DNA of 64,000 nucleotides from Thermoplasmata archaeon (GTDB lineage Archaea > Thermoplasmatota > Thermoplasmata > RBG-16-68-12): assembly GCA_035636315.1 (NCBI GenBank), contig DASPZJ010000084.1, positions 25,401 to 89,400 of the forward strand, in the 5' to 3' direction. The first letter of the stretch is position 1; each line of letters opens with the position of its first letter. Positions 63,634 to 64,000 of this stretch are shown here, piece after piece. The position numbers and the translations under genes are program-made. Under the pieces are notes generated by a model. That model did not search any database and was not told the origin of the DNA. It saw only the letters and a list, made by a program, of their open reading frames with translations.

Positions 63634-64000
63634 TTCCCGCCTTCCCTCACCGCTTGAAGGCCGCAGCGCCCAAGTACGGTGCAGATTGTTCGTGGTGCAG
63701 ACAACCGCCGGAGGGGCACACGAGCAAGCGGTGGGATGCATGCCTGCGGGCATACGGTGTGTTCCGGCATTCCTTGGGCTGCCGCAGCGGCATCCCGTCC
63801 CTGCTGGACGAGCGCCGGAAGATATTCGCCGAAACGCAGATGCTCATCGAAATGGCCCGCGACCTGTTAATCAGACGCGAGCCCGAGGCCGTCGTCGTCA
63901 GGATCATCGCCTCCTTCATCCGGACCGACCCGATGGCTCCCGACACGGACGGGGCCGTGGGGCTCGCCGAGAGCACGGTCGAGATCGCACGGATGCGAGT
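63630..64000 (+). CDS. hypothetical Cys/His-containing protein, 3' end off window
   Basis: The GTG overlaps the previous TGA. My own translation, IPAFPHRLKAAAPKYGADCSWCRQPPEGHTSKRWDACLRAYGVFRHSLGC..., is open to the window end. Confidence 0.4.
   Translation, partial: MIPAFPHRLKAAAPKYGADCSWCRQPPEGHTSKRWDACLRAYGVFRHSLGCRSGIPSLLDERRKIFAETQMLIEMARDLLIRREPEAVVVRIIASFIRTDPMAPDTDGAVGLAESTVEIARMR

Larger units (their letters stand above)
56831..64000. mobile_element. integrated element B (plasmid/provirus-like), right end beyond the window
   Basis: Opens with a tyrosine recombinase directly after the att copy. Then come chains of small genes with 1-4-nt overlaps, wHTH/HTH proteins, and a 1.6-kb repeat-rich non-coding region. 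Confidence 0.6.

Overview
High-GC (about two-thirds G+C) archaeal chromosome segment. The archaeal assignment rests on class I LysRS, Cgi121, Hel308, ArcS, PurP, DtdA, KptA, BHB-type tRNA introns, and TATA boxes about 27 nt upstream of mostly leaderless starts. Positions 1-45.5 kb are ordinary core genome: pyrimidine, purine and MTA salvage, DNA repair, a lipid/glycerol-phosphate operon, transporters, a 1396-aa TPR protein, a small-GTPase module and four tRNAs, one of which carries two introns. At tRNA-Glu (45472-45544) the character changes. A 43-nt perfect direct repeat (45539-45581 and 56788-56830) brackets an 11-kb segment of lower G+C, about one half in sampled lines. A tyrosine-recombinase gene follows the second repeat and opens a second element of plasmid/provirus type that runs off the window. 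The bracketed island carries the most unusual content. It has a translationally coupled operon of two SagB-type nitroreductase-fold proteins, a ThiF/E1-like enzyme with an N-terminal winged-helix extension and a MATE exporter. This operon is flanked by a DUF885 metallopeptidase-like gene, small wHTH regulators, a MetRS gene with a non-consensus KMSKS loop, and a 42-aa ORF I translated myself as a candidate substrate peptide. No YcaO gene is present, so the operon does not fit the canonical azoline (TOMM) scheme. All functional calls come from motif recognition by eye; no searches were run.
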